64,000 bases of DNA. It comes from Trichinella spiralis. Lineage: Eukaryota. The stretch's first letter is position 1. Each line of letters begins with the position of its first letter. The notes beneath the pieces are model-generated. The model was not told the origin of the DNA. It searched no databases and worked only from the letters and a program-made list of their open reading frames with translations. Shown here piece by piece: positions 44,129 through 57,338 of this stretch. The position numbers and the translations under genes were made by a program. The stretch spans positions 6,069,806-6,133,805 of the forward strand of contig NW_003526943.1 of the NCBI RefSeq assembly GCF_000181795.1, read 5' to 3'.

Positions 44129-47100
44129 ATGGAAGTTCAATTTTATAATTCATATAAAAAATGGGAATTTATGGAAGAATCAGAACTTCAACAAAATATC
44201 AGGTATTCTTTCAAAATAATTGCGTAAAGCGTAAAGCGTATTGGTGAATTGTAATGAGCTGAAAGATTCATCGACGATTATTTAATAACTTTTTTTTAAT
44301 TTGTATTATAATTTTTAAATATTTTGTTGCAAGCTGAGCGCATTCTGCAGTAATTTGTCATTTTCGGGTTTTCAGTTTTATTATTTAAAATTATTTTATC
44401 TTTAATTGTTTATAATTGAAGTTCAATTAAGAATTAGCAGATTAGCAATTGTAATATGCACAATTAATGAAAGTGTAGGCGTTTTATATTGAATAGTTTA
44501 TTATGACTGAAGTACATTAGTTTCTTCAAAAGTATTTAATGCAGAGTTTAACTTTTTTTACTACTGTGAAGTTTTGCAAAGCATTTTTTAAATTATGAAA
44601 TTAATGTTTTTCCATAAGATTGATATTTCAGTTTTATGGGATCGTTATATGTTGTATGTCTGTACAATTATTACAAAGTGTTTGAGTTTGTTTTTATAAC
44701 TGCAATAAGCACTAACACTAATTATGTAAAGCAAACAGTAATTTATTACTTTATGTAGAATGTATTTTCTGTGCTTGATTTAAAACTATTTCTCTGTTTG
44801 TTTATTATGTTTAGCCTTAGTTTTTATTAATAACTTCTGATATTTTTTATTTTAAATATTTGAATAATTATTTAAATATTATTAAAGGGAAAACAAAAAT
44901 AAATTATCATAATTATTATTTCACATGTATTTAAGTATATTTACTTAAATTTTTTTTTGTGAGAAGCTATGGAACTTCCATCAGTCTTCTTATTTAATTT
45001 AATTTTTTAAATAAAGCGATATTTTTTAATTTACTCATTTGAAATGACTAGATTAAATTGAAAAAATTTCAGCACTATGTAAATTGCACGCTTTGATTTA
45101 TGTAAAATCTTAAGTGACACTATTTTCAAAAATTTGCGCACAATTTTTTCTAGTTCTGCAGTAAGAAGCTTTTACTAAGGTTACTTAGGTTATTAAAGTT
45201 TACTTTTTCTAATAGAAATTTGAAATATTACATCATTGGCAACTGTGGAATCAAATGTGGATACATGTCTTTAAAATTGTCTGACATCGAAGACAAGTAA
45301 AGCTATATTAAATATTTATGCGATATTTGAATGCATTCAAATAAATATTTTTAGATTAATTGATTTATTGCAAAAATTTTCAAAAAATGAAGAACTCAAA
45401 CTCGACATTATGGCTATATTGTGCAGTTTGGTGAAAGATGAACAGTATCGCTGTTCTAAAGCCGAAGATGACTTTGCAACCAAGTTGCTCATGCAAGGTT
45501 TTTACTTTTTGCAGATTTTATAATGCATTGTAAAGTGATTCTTTTCAGAAATTGAGACTGGAAGTATGCGATATATTGAATACTGTTTGTCATATCTACG
45601 AAATCGTAAAGTGCATCTGTGTAAAGTGAGTTTTCATTCACAATTTGGACTGTTTTTGTTTTTTATAATATTGATACCTACATTTATGTAATAATTATAA
45701 ACTTGATTGTTTTCGTCTTTTCCACTTTCAATGAGATTATAATGTTTCTAACTTTCATTGATATTGTTCTGTGCTAATAATAATGTATAGCTAAAATAAA
45801 ATTATTCAAAACATTAATTTTTTTAATTTATTTGGTGCAAAAAGCAGTGTGTCGGTTGTTCATTACTTTAAGCACAGCAGAGTTGTTTTATTAGCGACTG
45901 AGACGTTATTATATAGATGACAACAGAAATTTTAATCTTTGTTTTTACTTTGTTTTGTTCTAATGTAGCTTGTTAATTATGATTTAAAAATCTATTTTTT
46001 TAATAAAATGTATAATAATTTTAAAGGTTAGCAGTGTAGTTATTATAATCGCATGCATTATTAATATTTTAGAATGAAAACGCATTGCAAAGCATTCTTC
46101 GGTATATTCACATAAGTGAACGTATACAGTACAATATGGCAGCAATTTTTGCCTCTGCGTGCAAGGTATATGATTATTTTCATTTTTTGAAGCTTGATTT
46201 ATTTGAAAAATTTTCAATTCTACTATTATGGCAATTTTATTCTTTTGTTTTGTAATGAAATGTAATTATTTTAACATAATAATAATAATAATCATACATT
46301 GCCAGGATTACAACTGCAAGAAAGTGATAGTGAAATCAGGAGCCCTTAGGTATCTTCTCCCTTTGATGTTTAGTTTTTTACCAAAGGTATCCTTTGCATT
46401 AATTACAATATTTCATTTTTTAAATATAAATGATGATTTTAGTTTAAAGTATGCGGTTTAAAATTTGTTGCTGCATTGCTGTACAAGAGTTACGGCGCTG
46501 CTATTTTGCTTTCTGGAGGTAAGGTTTTGATGATTGCACTGATGCATTTTGACATTGTTTATGTTGAAATTTTAAGTTAGTTACAATGGAGTTCCATTGC
46601 CAGTTCATCTTAAAGAATGTCTGTCAAGTGGCAACGTTTATATTGTTCAATTATATGCTGCTAAATGGTATGTTTCCTTATTTTGTCTACGATTCAGTAC
46701 TGTTTTTATAAATTTTGGCTCACTTTTTAGCCTTATTTATTTTTATCGTATCAAATGTCTCAAAGACATTCGACCATTTATTATCAAAAAGGTATATATA
46801 TATGTTATTAATTTTTGAAATTATTGCGATTCATTGCGGCTGCAATTGAAATGTTCATTTATTTAAAAAGACATTATTCAGGATTATGATTAGTTAATTG
46901 ATTTCAGTTAATACCGACAATATTACAAATTATTAGCGCACCAGACAATTACGTTAGAAAGTTACTCAAGGCTGAAGCTTGTGAAGCTCTGGCTTACTGC
47001 ATTGAAGACGATCCCGAATTGCAGTATATGGTTCACTGGAACCAGCTTATCTTGCAAACATTTAATCAGTGTAATTCTTTATCATTTATAAAGGTAAATT

Positions 47101-47624
47101 TTATTTTATAATTAAAATAGTTTCTTGAATGTTTTTTTACTTTTAATCATATTTTTTTAGAATAAAGATGTTGAAGCAATTGCTGCTCATATCGGTTCAT
47201 TGAAATGCATCAGTTCCATAATTGGTGGAAATGAAAATATACGAAGGAGAGTACTTGGGCAGATTGTGGACATGGATGCTTATTTATTGCAAATGTTAAC
47301 ATTGGAGGAGTGCCCAGACGATTTGAAATTAGCCGTTTACAGGTGTTTGCTATCAATGAGTCGCTCGGTGGAACAACTTCGTACTGTTTTTCATCATTGT
47401 TTGATTTGCAAGGCTTTGAAAGACGTAAAGATTTTATCGAATTTTAAATTAAACAATTTATCTTTCATTTAATTATTATTTATTTAGATAGTGCACGCTC
47501 CAAATACGAAATTTGTTGATGTTATTTCGTCATTGTTGTGCAATTTGGTGCTTGAATTTTCACCTCTACAATCGGTGTGTAGATTTTCTTCTGAATTTTT
47601 CCTATTTTAATTTATATTAAAAAA

Positions 47625-47674
<50 letters not shown>

Positions 47675-48878
47675 CAAAATACAAGTTTAGGTAATACTTG
47701 AATACGACTTTCTTGCTACCGTGTGCGAATGGTTGCATGATGATTCTCATAACTTGCGCTTGAATGCTGCTTGGATACTTATGGTATGAGGAATTTTTGA
47801 TTTTTTTAAAATGTCAAATTCATAATTTAATTTAGAACATGTCATATCGAGCTGACGTCGAATTGAAAAACTCAATTGTACAAGCCTTGCCTCCTTTGAA
47901 TATTCTCTACATGCTGACAGAAGATAAGTCAGAAGCATTGGTTGTTTCACGCCTACTTGGACTTTTACGCAACTTGCTCGCAGAAGCGAATGTACTGACA
48001 ATTAATTTGATGTTATTTTTATTTTTTAATGCATATGTGTACTTTTAGTTTACTGATGAATTGATGGGCAACCATGCTGCGACGATAATAGAAATTTTTT
48101 TAGAAGTTTTACGGGGAAATTTTGAAGAATGTTGCCAGGAACAGGTATTTATTTAAAAAATCTTTTCTAAACTGATGATTACATTGCTGTTGATTCTAGG
48201 TGCTTTATGCTCTTGCTAATACTGCTACAGGAGTTGAAGCTAGAAAGCAGTTGTTGAAAAATGACGCTATTTTTGAAATGATTTCCAAATTTATTGTAAT
48301 TAAGCTTTAATTAAATATTTAATAAATTGATCGTATTCTTCTTTTTTAGAATCATTACAATACAGAATTGCAAATCGCTTCTGTTCGTTGTGTGCACAAT
48401 CTGTTGATGCCACGTCTTGGTATGTTTTATTCCGAAAAACACTTTTTCCACAATGTTTTATTATAATATATAAAGTTCTTTATTTCTTATTTTTGATCTA
48501 TCAGTGATAGCTAATTGTGAACAGTACGCAGTTATTGAAAATTAGTTTGTCAGTCTTTTAGTTTAAATTAATTGTAGAAGTTCATTATTATGAAATTTTT
48601 GATGTTTATATAATTTATGATTTGTTCTCCATTCAAGGTGATGTTATTGGAGATGCAGTTTTGCTGGACCGCATATTGCAGAAGTTTAACATTGTCAAAC
48701 ATTTGAAAGAAGTGCGATCACATGATACGTGTCTTTGTTTTTGGTATGATTTTCTTTATTTTTTTCTTTTTTAAATAAAATACTTCTTTGACTTGTACGA
48801 AATTGTGGATATGAGGTGTTCATGAATAATGGAAAATTTTTATTTAGGGCGGATAAAACATTGCATATGTGCATCTGA
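44129..48878 (+). CDS. ARMC8: Armadillo repeat-containing protein 8 (GID5, CTLH/GID E3 ligase subunit)
   Basis: Many short exons encoding LKYYIIGN, EACEALAYCIEDDPELQ, RCLLSMSRSVEQLRTVF, LLCNLVLEFSP, LRLNAAWILM|NMSYRADVELK, LGLLRNLL, EQ|VLYALAN, characteristic of ARMC8. Terminal exons less certain. Confidence 0.85.
47632..47672. repeat. (TA)n microsatellite, intronic
   Basis: Seen directly. Confidence 0.95.
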
Positions 48879-49343
48879 ATGGCTTTTGAAATGAAATATC
48901 AAATGTTGCTGCGGAAGGAATTTGGTTTTCATAGATGCATGCAGCACATAAATATTTGTGATCATAAAATACCTGCAGATATGTGAGGCGCTACCTCTTA
49001 TTAGATGGTTTTTTAAGTAGAATGGATGTTAAATTTTATTTTGTTTCATTTTTATTTTTTGGTTATTTTAATATTAAGGAACTCTTTTTTAAATGACTGT
49101 TTTTCAAGTGGGATATTCATGCACACATGCATGTTCACACAAACACACATCATATATATATTTATTTATTTAATTGTGTGTGCAATTTATTTTTCATGTT
49201 ATTGTGAATAAAGAAATGCATTAAAAATTAAGTTTATATTTCCTTTGATGAAACGCTGCAGTATTAAAAACTGCGTAATTTTAGTAATTTATTTTAATTA
49301 AAGGGATAGTCTCTCTAGGTAAAATTTTCAGTGCTAATGTTCT

Positions 49344-49486
49344 ATTGGTTGGCGATAAATCGAGTTTTCATTGGATCGCTTCTCATTGCAGAGTTATGGC
49401 GTAATAACATTGGTTCTATTGCCTAAACTTTTCATTGATTAAAATTGTTCTGCTTTGATTAGCTAAAATTATTTTCATTTCATTGG
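49344..49486 (-). promoter_or_regulatory. Phased CCAAT-box array (ATTGG on + strand), no assigned gene
   Basis: ATTGC 49385, ATTGG 49409, ATTGA 49434, ATTAG 49458, ATTGG 49482 (spacing 24,25,24,24); further ATTGG at 49344 and 49370. Confidence 0.45.
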
Positions 49487-51386
49487 TCCAAATTTTTAAT
49501 TACATAACAATTCATTACGCAACCTTTGACCTCTTTTAGTGTTTGATTCACCAATTTGACAGTTAATTTTTTCACTGTTTTTAGCTTTTTTTCTTTTAAA
49601 TATTTACTTTTCCACTTTGAACTTTTAGTGATTAGTATTTGTAATATGATTTAAAAAAATTTCTATGTTTTACTGACGCTTGAGCGTGTATCACCTCCTT
49701 TTGCGTATTGGCTTATGTTGGTTCCGTAATTCACAAACTGAAATTCATCATTATTTATTCTCATCATTCGAAAAGACATCTCAAAAATACGAGACAGAAA
49801 ATAACAAAGTAAAATAAGGAAATTACAATTGAAGGTCTTGTTCTTTACAAATTAAATAAATATCTTTATTATGCAATTGCATCATTCTAATCAAATGAAC
49901 TGCTTAACGAAGAGATAATTGAACAAAGAGATGTTAAGTGAACATGCTTATCTGGATCATTTTCGTTGTTTTCATCATTCGACACGTAATGACGTTTTAC
50001 GATGGCAGCAAAGCTAGCCTTGTCAACGAATTTGATAATGAAGAAAAGTTATGTAACGATTATCATGAGCGAAGTCATAATTCATTACACAAGATTTTCT
50101 GAAATTTCATAATATATGATCATATGTTATGAAATTTCAGATCATATGAAGATGATATGAATATATGTTGAAATAGATCAACACACATATGAATTGAATT
50201 TCCCCTTAGCTAGCCAAAAGCATTTTCAGTTCAATCTGTGCAGCAGCTACGCTGCACCTGAGAAATTTTTCAAAGACCCTTGATGTAGTGCGAGTGCACC
50301 AAATACATCTTGACGTATACCATAGAAGTACACAAGTACAAAACATACAATGATATTGGTGTCTGGAATTTTTACTATGCTACAGACAGACGCTTCCTCA
50401 AATGGATTCATTGTGTGACCAAGACAGTGAACCCCACGATACTATTCGCTCTCAACAATGGGAATGAAAGTTAGAGCGGCAAATGAAAGATCTTATATAT
50501 GCTTTATGCCTGCCGACAATGATAATTAACAATAATCATATTTTGGCGGAACATGTGCAGTGCTAGAGGAAGATAACGTGAAATGAAAAATAATTTTCTT
50601 TGCTTTTTGTTTTGTTTAGTTAAATCTTTTCAAAATCCAACAGATCCTTTTTGATCTGGAATGTTCAACATGTGGTTATCATTATAATACAATTGCAACT
50701 TGAATGTTTAGTCAACCCAGTAGTCGGTTTACTTTAGATACTGAAAGAGAAATTTAATACAATTTACACAAAATGTATGACCACAAATTTCTATTTTAAA
50801 CAAAATTCCAGATTTTATTTTTTTATTTAAATGAATCATAAGAAGGAAAACAATAATTCTTGTGAACGGGAGGGAAAGAAAGATTGGAAAGATTGAATTC
50901 TTTTGCAAGACAGAAATATTTTCAGAGAACATTCAGGCAAAATCAGAAAAGTATTTCGATTCTAAAATTCAGCAATCACCACTCCCAGTTTTAGCTGAAA
51001 ACTGCAGCTGTAGACAATTTATCAATTTTAAATTTTCCCTTTCTACTTGAATAGCCTTCAACTAGCCTTCATCAGAACAATATCTGACAAACAGAAAAGA
51101 ACCTTAGGCATAAATCTCATTTAATTGTTAGCTAAGAAGGTAATTTATATGACGAGTGAAAGCAACTGTTGGCTGACATTCTTAGAAACAGTATTTATCA
51201 ACGCGGATGGATAAAAGTAAAGCACTTTGAAAGCGGAAAAAAGCAATAAACAGCACCATGCAGAAAAGCTGTTAAAACTGCTTCAAATTCACTCTTCAGT
51301 GAACATCGCATACTTTGATGTCAGCATTTGTGCGCCATTTGAGTGTGATTAATTAATCTTCTGTCAATCACAACAAAAAGGCATTG

Positions 51387-51885
51387 NNNNNNNNNNNNNN
51401 NNNNNNNNNNNNNNNNNNNNNNNNNNNNNNNNNNNNNNNNNNNNNNNNNNNNNNNNNNNNNNNNNNNNNNNNNNNNNNNNNNNNNNNNNNNNNNNNNNNN
51501 NNNNNNNNNNNNNNNNNNNNNNNNNNNNNNNNNNNNNNNNNNNNNNNNNNNNNNNNNNNNNNNNNNNNNNNNNNNNNNNNNNNNNNNNNNNNNNNNNNNN
51601 NNNNNNNNNNNNNNNNNNNNNNNNNNNNNNNNNNNNNNNNNNNNNNNNNNNNNNNNNNNNNNNNNNNNNNNNNNNNNNNNNNNNNNNNNNNNNNNNNNNN
51701 NNNNNNNNNNNNNNNNNNNNNNNNNNNNNNNNNNNNNNNNNNNNNNNNNNNNNNNNNNNNNNNNNNNNNNNNNNNNNNNNNNNNNNNNNNNNNNNNNNNN
51801 NNNNNNNNNNNNNNNNNNNNNNNNNNNNNNNNNNNNNNNNNNNNNNNNNNNNNNNNNNNNNNNNNNNNNNNNNNNNNNNNNNNNN
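51387..51885. other. Assembly gap (499 N)
   Basis: Run of N. Confidence 0.99.
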
Positions 51886-51940
51886 GACAAAAGTTCAAAC
51901 AAATAAAATTTTGGAATAATAAATATTTTCCATTATTAAT

Positions 51941-52102
51941 GGTACGTCATTAGTATTGGAGGTACGTCATCCTAAATGGAATATTTGAACCAATGAAATG
52001 AAAAAATATTACAGCTAATCACAAGGGAAAGATTTGAATCAATGAGCAATTAGACAAGGAACACCAATAAAACAACGACTTGACGGCCCAATAAAATAGC
52101 GC
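51941..52102 (+). promoter_or_regulatory. Phased CCAAT-box array plus duplicated CRE-like site, probable BAF57 promoter
   Basis: CCAAT 51990, CTAAT 52015, TCAAT 52039, CCAAT 52064, CCAAT 52088 (spacing 25,24,25,24); GGTACGTCAT at 51941 and 51961. Confidence 0.55.
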
Positions 52103-52910
52103 GGTCAACGACAATTAATGTCTCAGTTACTCGTTGTTATTCGACTAAAAGGTAAAAATATGTAGCGTGAAAATGAATAAAAGGAAACAATAAAATTTTA
52201 AAACTATGAAATATTGTGCAAAGCTTTAGTTGTAAATTAAATATCATTACTAGTTTCATATCACAGATTATGTGAACAAACATCAGAATTTTTAATTTAA
52301 AAAAATAGCCTAATCTTCAATTGTTTGTATTACAGTTATACCAGCAATCTTTAAATTAGCCACTAATTTATGTAAAAATAATTAAAATATTAGTTAAATT
52401 TCTTTATAATGTTAATAAACTTAGAAAAATAAGAAATGAATTATGATATCAAAACAATGATTAGTTGCTTTACTTGCATTTTAAATACTGTAAATTAGAA
52501 ATCAGTACTACAGTATGCTTTTTGCCTTTACCTTATTATTCGAATATTTATTTTTCGGTTATAAAACACAGTCTGCATGAAGTGTGATTTTAACGTTGTT
52601 TTTTATGTTTTATTTTGTAATTTTTTTCTTTTTAAAATTTATGTTTGGCGGTTTTTGCATTTTAAATTGTAATATGTTGCATCTTCTTTTAATTATCTTT
52701 TTAAAAGTATAGAAAGATGGAGTAGATTTTTGCATGTATTCCATGCTGACGGTTTTATTTTGAAAGAGTAATGATTTTTTAATTTTCAACAGTTTTTGCA
52801 ATTAATTGTTTCTTTATTCATTTTGTGCAAAAGACATTTCGCTTATTTGCTTTTCTTTTATTCATTCTTATGATGTTATTTTTAATTCAGCAATTTTTAA
52901 ATAAGCTTCA

Positions 52911-55900
52911 ATGTCGTGGACACAAGGTTCCGGCAGTCGTGGTGGAAACTGGCAGCGCAATCAAGCTAACAATGCTGCCAATTTTTTTGCTCAACCGAGT
53001 GTAAATTCTCATCCTAACTTCCGACCAACACGTATTGGTACCTTTTCAGTAAGTCTTAAGCGTACAGATATTTTCCTTTTGATAAATTTTTGAAATAATT
53101 GTTTGACAGTCATTAAATGAAGGTGCATCTGGGAAAGGTCCGAAACCTCCGGAAAAGCCGATAATGCCGTACATGCGTTACAGTAGAAGGGTAATATAAT
53201 TTTACTTTGCGTAATCATTGTTTTGCAATGTTTTCAATTAAAAAAGTCTTGTATTTTGTTGTTCATTATTTTTAATCTGCATTAAGTTATGTAATTAAGT
53301 AAATTATTTGTCATATATGAATTTGTTTTTTTAGCATTTTAAAGTATTTATTACCGTTTTTGATGAAATAACTTCTCTATTCTTGAACAATTACAGTGAA
53401 ACTTCGATTACCCGTTACTCGATTATCCGAACACTTTTTTCGTCGAACAACCTGCATTTAACATTCTGTTGTTGGCTAATGTTTATGTCCAGTATGCCTA
53501 CTACTAGAAAGAGAAAGGTTTTGACTTTAGAGCAAAAGCTAGAAGTGTGTAGACCAGTGGAGAGGGGTGATCGTTCAGGAAAATTGCTTAGACTTTTGGT
53601 GTGGGTCTGTACACAGTTTCAGACATTTATTGCAGTGGACGTCAGCTAACTGATTTGTGTTGCACATGGATACTTCGAGTAGCTGTTCTTCACGAAAATC
53701 GATGAAAAAAGCGTCAAATAGCGCGCTTGATTCAGCAGTATACATGTGGTTCCTACAGAAACGTGCACTTGATCAACCAATAAGTGGTCCCATTTTACAA
53801 GAGAAAGCTCTTGCTTTCAGTACTAAGCTAGATATTGATAATTTTGTAGCCAATTCAGGATGGCTAAGAAACCTTAAAAGTCGGCATGGCATACGCGAGT
53901 TTAAAATTCACGGTGAAAAGTTGTCTGCTGACAGTGATAGTGCCGCAAAATTCACAGGGCAAATAACGTCGCATAATAAGCAGAATGTCTACTTTTCCGC
54001 GTCTGATTGAGAATAACAGCTATAAACGCTTCAATTATGTACATACATTATGAAAAATTGAAAACGTCTGATTATCCGAAGGGCCCCCAAAACTCGAGTG
54101 TTCGGATAATCGGAGTTCCACTGTATGATATTTTTTGTATTTTATACATTAATCCTATATTTGTGTCTCATAAAACAGCACTGCGAAGAATAATTACACA
54201 CTTTGCTTTCAGCATTTTTTAAAATCCCACATATTTTTTGTGAATTAATAATTTTGAATTGATGACAGTTTTGTTGCATCTTGATATTTTAATTATCGAT
54301 ATATTTAAAATGTTATTTTTCAAGTTTAAATCTTTATAAAAAAGGGTATATTGAATTTTTACTTGTATGTTTCATTTCATGATATGACGTTTGTGATGTT
54401 TGAATTTATGTCAGTAGAAAATATATAATATTTTCGTTATTTATTCACTTTTTCAGATGTGGGATAAAGTACGAGCTACAAATCCAGATTACAAATTTTG
54501 GGACATTGGTAAAATAATTGGTAGAAAATGGCGTGAACTTCCGGATGGAGAAAAGCAAATTTACTTTGATGAATACGAGCTTGAGAAGCAAGAATATGAA
54601 AAGCAGATGAAAGCGTACCACAATTCTGCTGCTTTTCAGAATTATTTAACTCAAAAAAATAAAGGTAATTTTTTTTATTTGTAAGTGAGAGTGATTTAAT
54701 TGTTTCGATAATTGAACAAATTATAGAAAGAAACGAAGCATGGCGTTCAACGCAGGTAGAATCGAGTGTATATGTTCAACCTATTGATGAAGAAAGTGAC
54801 GGTGCGTATCTGATCAGAAATGAATAAATGAGGAAAAAAAAGAATAATATTTTGACAAATATTTAGAAATTGACAGCAATTACCCTCGGTATTTTTCGGC
54901 AGAACGTTATGCGCGAAATCAACGGCTTCTTGGTGAAATCTTCAGCGCAGTGGCCGTGCCTAGTGCAAATTCTATTGTAACTAGTGAACGCCTTCATACT
55001 CTCCGCTCTCAAGTTTCATCACTTACACATCACCTTGTAAGGATTGAATTGTAGTGCAGTTGTAATTGGCATGTTGACTTTTGGTTTCAAGGAATCGTTG
55101 CGTCAAGAGCTGAAATTGCTCCAAGAAAATCACAAAAGGAAGAAGGAAAACTGGGAATCCGGCAGTGAATTATTTTCCAAAAAGTTGAAGTTGGTTAGTT
55201 GTTATTTATTAAGTATTTGCTTGTTGTCCAGGTTTTCTTCACGTTCAAGTTTAGTTAGATGAACAGCGTCCAGGGTTTAGTGAAGAAAAATATGCAGAAT
55301 TGGTGAAAAATCAAAAAGAATATTTAATGACATCATATGAGCGTTACAAAAGCGAATGCACCAAGGAATGGAATGGAACTTCAGTACGAATAAAAGGCAA
55401 AAAACATTTTAAATTCCAAGTTTTAAGTTTTTTATTTAAAAAAGAATTTCTTTTTCTTTTATCAGATGAGGAAAGCTTGGATGCAAATGGTAAAGAAGAG
55501 GTGACGTTGGATAAAGAAAGCAGTTCGGCTGATAATGAACAGAAAGAGTCCAATTTAGAGCAGTTTGAAAATCAGAAATCGAATAACGACAATGATGGTG
55601 GCAATACTTGCAGTTCAGAGCAGTGTGATGATATGGCGGAAGAAACATGTGAAATTACTAAGGAAGACAGTGGTAAAATTTCACCTGAAGAATCTAGAAA
55701 TGAAGACCAAACGACAGTAAAGGAAGAATTCCATCATGATGATGATGATGATGATCAAGTCCCAAGTGAAGTAAAAGTAGAAATTACTGGAGATTCAGAT
55801 CAGACAGAACCAACAATTGAGACAAGCGAAATAACAGCTGAGAAAGATGTCGATTTAAAAGAAGAAGTTAAACATGACAATGATGATGAGGATGAAGATG

Positions 55901-56154
55901 TTGGTTATGATAATGATGGGGCTAGTAGAGCTGTGAATTTAAGTGAAAATAACACGAGCGTGGAAAATGCAGAAGAAACTACATCTGAAATAGTGCAATC
56001 AATCCCTTGTGAAATTGCTAAAACTGAAGAAGTATTAGAAACAGAAAAACCTGAAAATGAAGATTTCATTGAAACAGAACCGAAAACACCTGAAGAAGCA
56101 GCTGGTATTGAAGCAAATACGGATGAAGTTTCAGATGAGAAAGACCAGCAATAA
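52911..56154 (+). CDS. SMARCE1: SWI/SNF subunit SMARCE1/BAF57 (HMG box, NHRLI domain, coiled coil, acidic tail; swsn-3-like)
   Basis: PKPPEKPIMPYMRYSRR|MWDKVRATNPDYKFWDIGKIIGRKWREL..EK..Y..EYE.EK.EY...MKAYHNS (HMG box); RYARNQRLLGEIFS..VP....VT..RL..L..QV.SL (NHRLI region); long E/D-rich last exon ending at 56154. Confidence 0.95.
53394..54123 (+). mobile_element. Non-autonomous Tigger/pogo (Tc1/mariner superfamily) DNA transposon, 730 bp, in BAF57 intron 2
   Basis: TA on both sides (53392-93, 54124-25). TIRs CAGTGAAACTTCGATTACCCG versus CAGTGGAACTCCGATTATCCG (reverse complement of the right end). Internal CENP-B-type HTH coding remnants MPTTRKRKVLTLEQKLEV and LDSAVYMWFLQKR...PISGPILQEKA...SGWLRNLKSRHGIR. 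Confidence 0.93.
53494..54010 (+). pseudogene. Disrupted Tigger/pogo transposase fragment (HTH domains only; DDE domain absent)
   Basis: ATG 53494; frameshifts near 53570 and 53655 plus an in-frame TAG; similarity ends shortly after HGEKLSAD. Confidence 0.85.
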
Positions 56155-57338
56155 TAATCATTAGATATTTTCATTGATCAGAAAGATGGAAATTATAATT
56201 CATACATTATATATTTTGTTGAATTTCAGTACGGTTTTTAATGTATTCTAATATGTATATATGAAATGTATTTATACATTAATGTTTGTTTGATGTGTTT
56301 TTAACTGTTTGAATTTATCTTAATTATATTGTAAAATAAATTTTATTTCAAGGTGTGATGATTAATTAAAATTTATTTGTATTGTTTTCTTGCATTCGTA
56401 TGATGATGGGTGCAGTCCTGACGCATCTGATTACTTTTAACAGTATTAACGCTTAATTTTTTGAGTTGATGTCAGTTATATATTATGATTTGTCAATGAT
56501 TGAATAACCATTAATACAATTAAATAAGAACATTGAAAACTTTTTTAATTATATTAATTGTTTTTAAATTTAAATTTATTATTGCAGTACACCGGAATTG
56601 CGTCAACTGGCTACTGTTGTAAAATTATTTGAAATTGAAGTATCGTAAACTCAGTTTTTTATTTACTATAAACCGGATTTTTAATGCTTGAACTGAAATC
56701 GTTCACCTTCCAATTTGTTCAGATTTAATTTGCAAGTTCAAGTTAATGCCTATATTTTTCTGAAAAATATCACATTAGCCATGATTCTAAGTATTGAACT
56801 GTTTAATGTTAAACATTGAGGAAGATGTAAGTTGATGCTACCTGAAGCACTTATTGTCAGTAATTGATTAATTATCGAAACATTAATATTTGTAGTTAAT
56901 GTAAGCATCACAGTTAAAATTAGGAAATTTTTTAATCATTTCATATTACTGTAGATTGTACAAGCAATGGTGAGTTCATTTTTTGACAAAACTCAAAGTT
57001 AACTTTAAATAAATTAGAAAAATAACATGCGAGTGAAAATTATACCAACAAATTGAAAATTAAGTTATAAATGATTTAAAATAATAAGCTGAATATTTGT
57101 ACGTGAACATTAATAAATACAGTGTAACAATAGGCCTATTACAATTTTAGTGCATTTTTCACTGTGAAGTGAAAGCTGCTGTTTAAAACTGTTAATCTTA
57201 AAGTATTTTTTTTAGTTGTAACTTTTTATGTTGTTCTTAAGATGCTTTTTATTTGTTTAAAGTAATTTTTTAAAATGAAGTTTTCAGTTCGAAATTTGGT
57301 ACAAAATTGATTAAAAAGGTTCGATTTGTTTTCTAGTA

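Noticed and set aside
51321..51953. Long ORFs in the ORF track
   Set aside because: Artefacts of the N gap.
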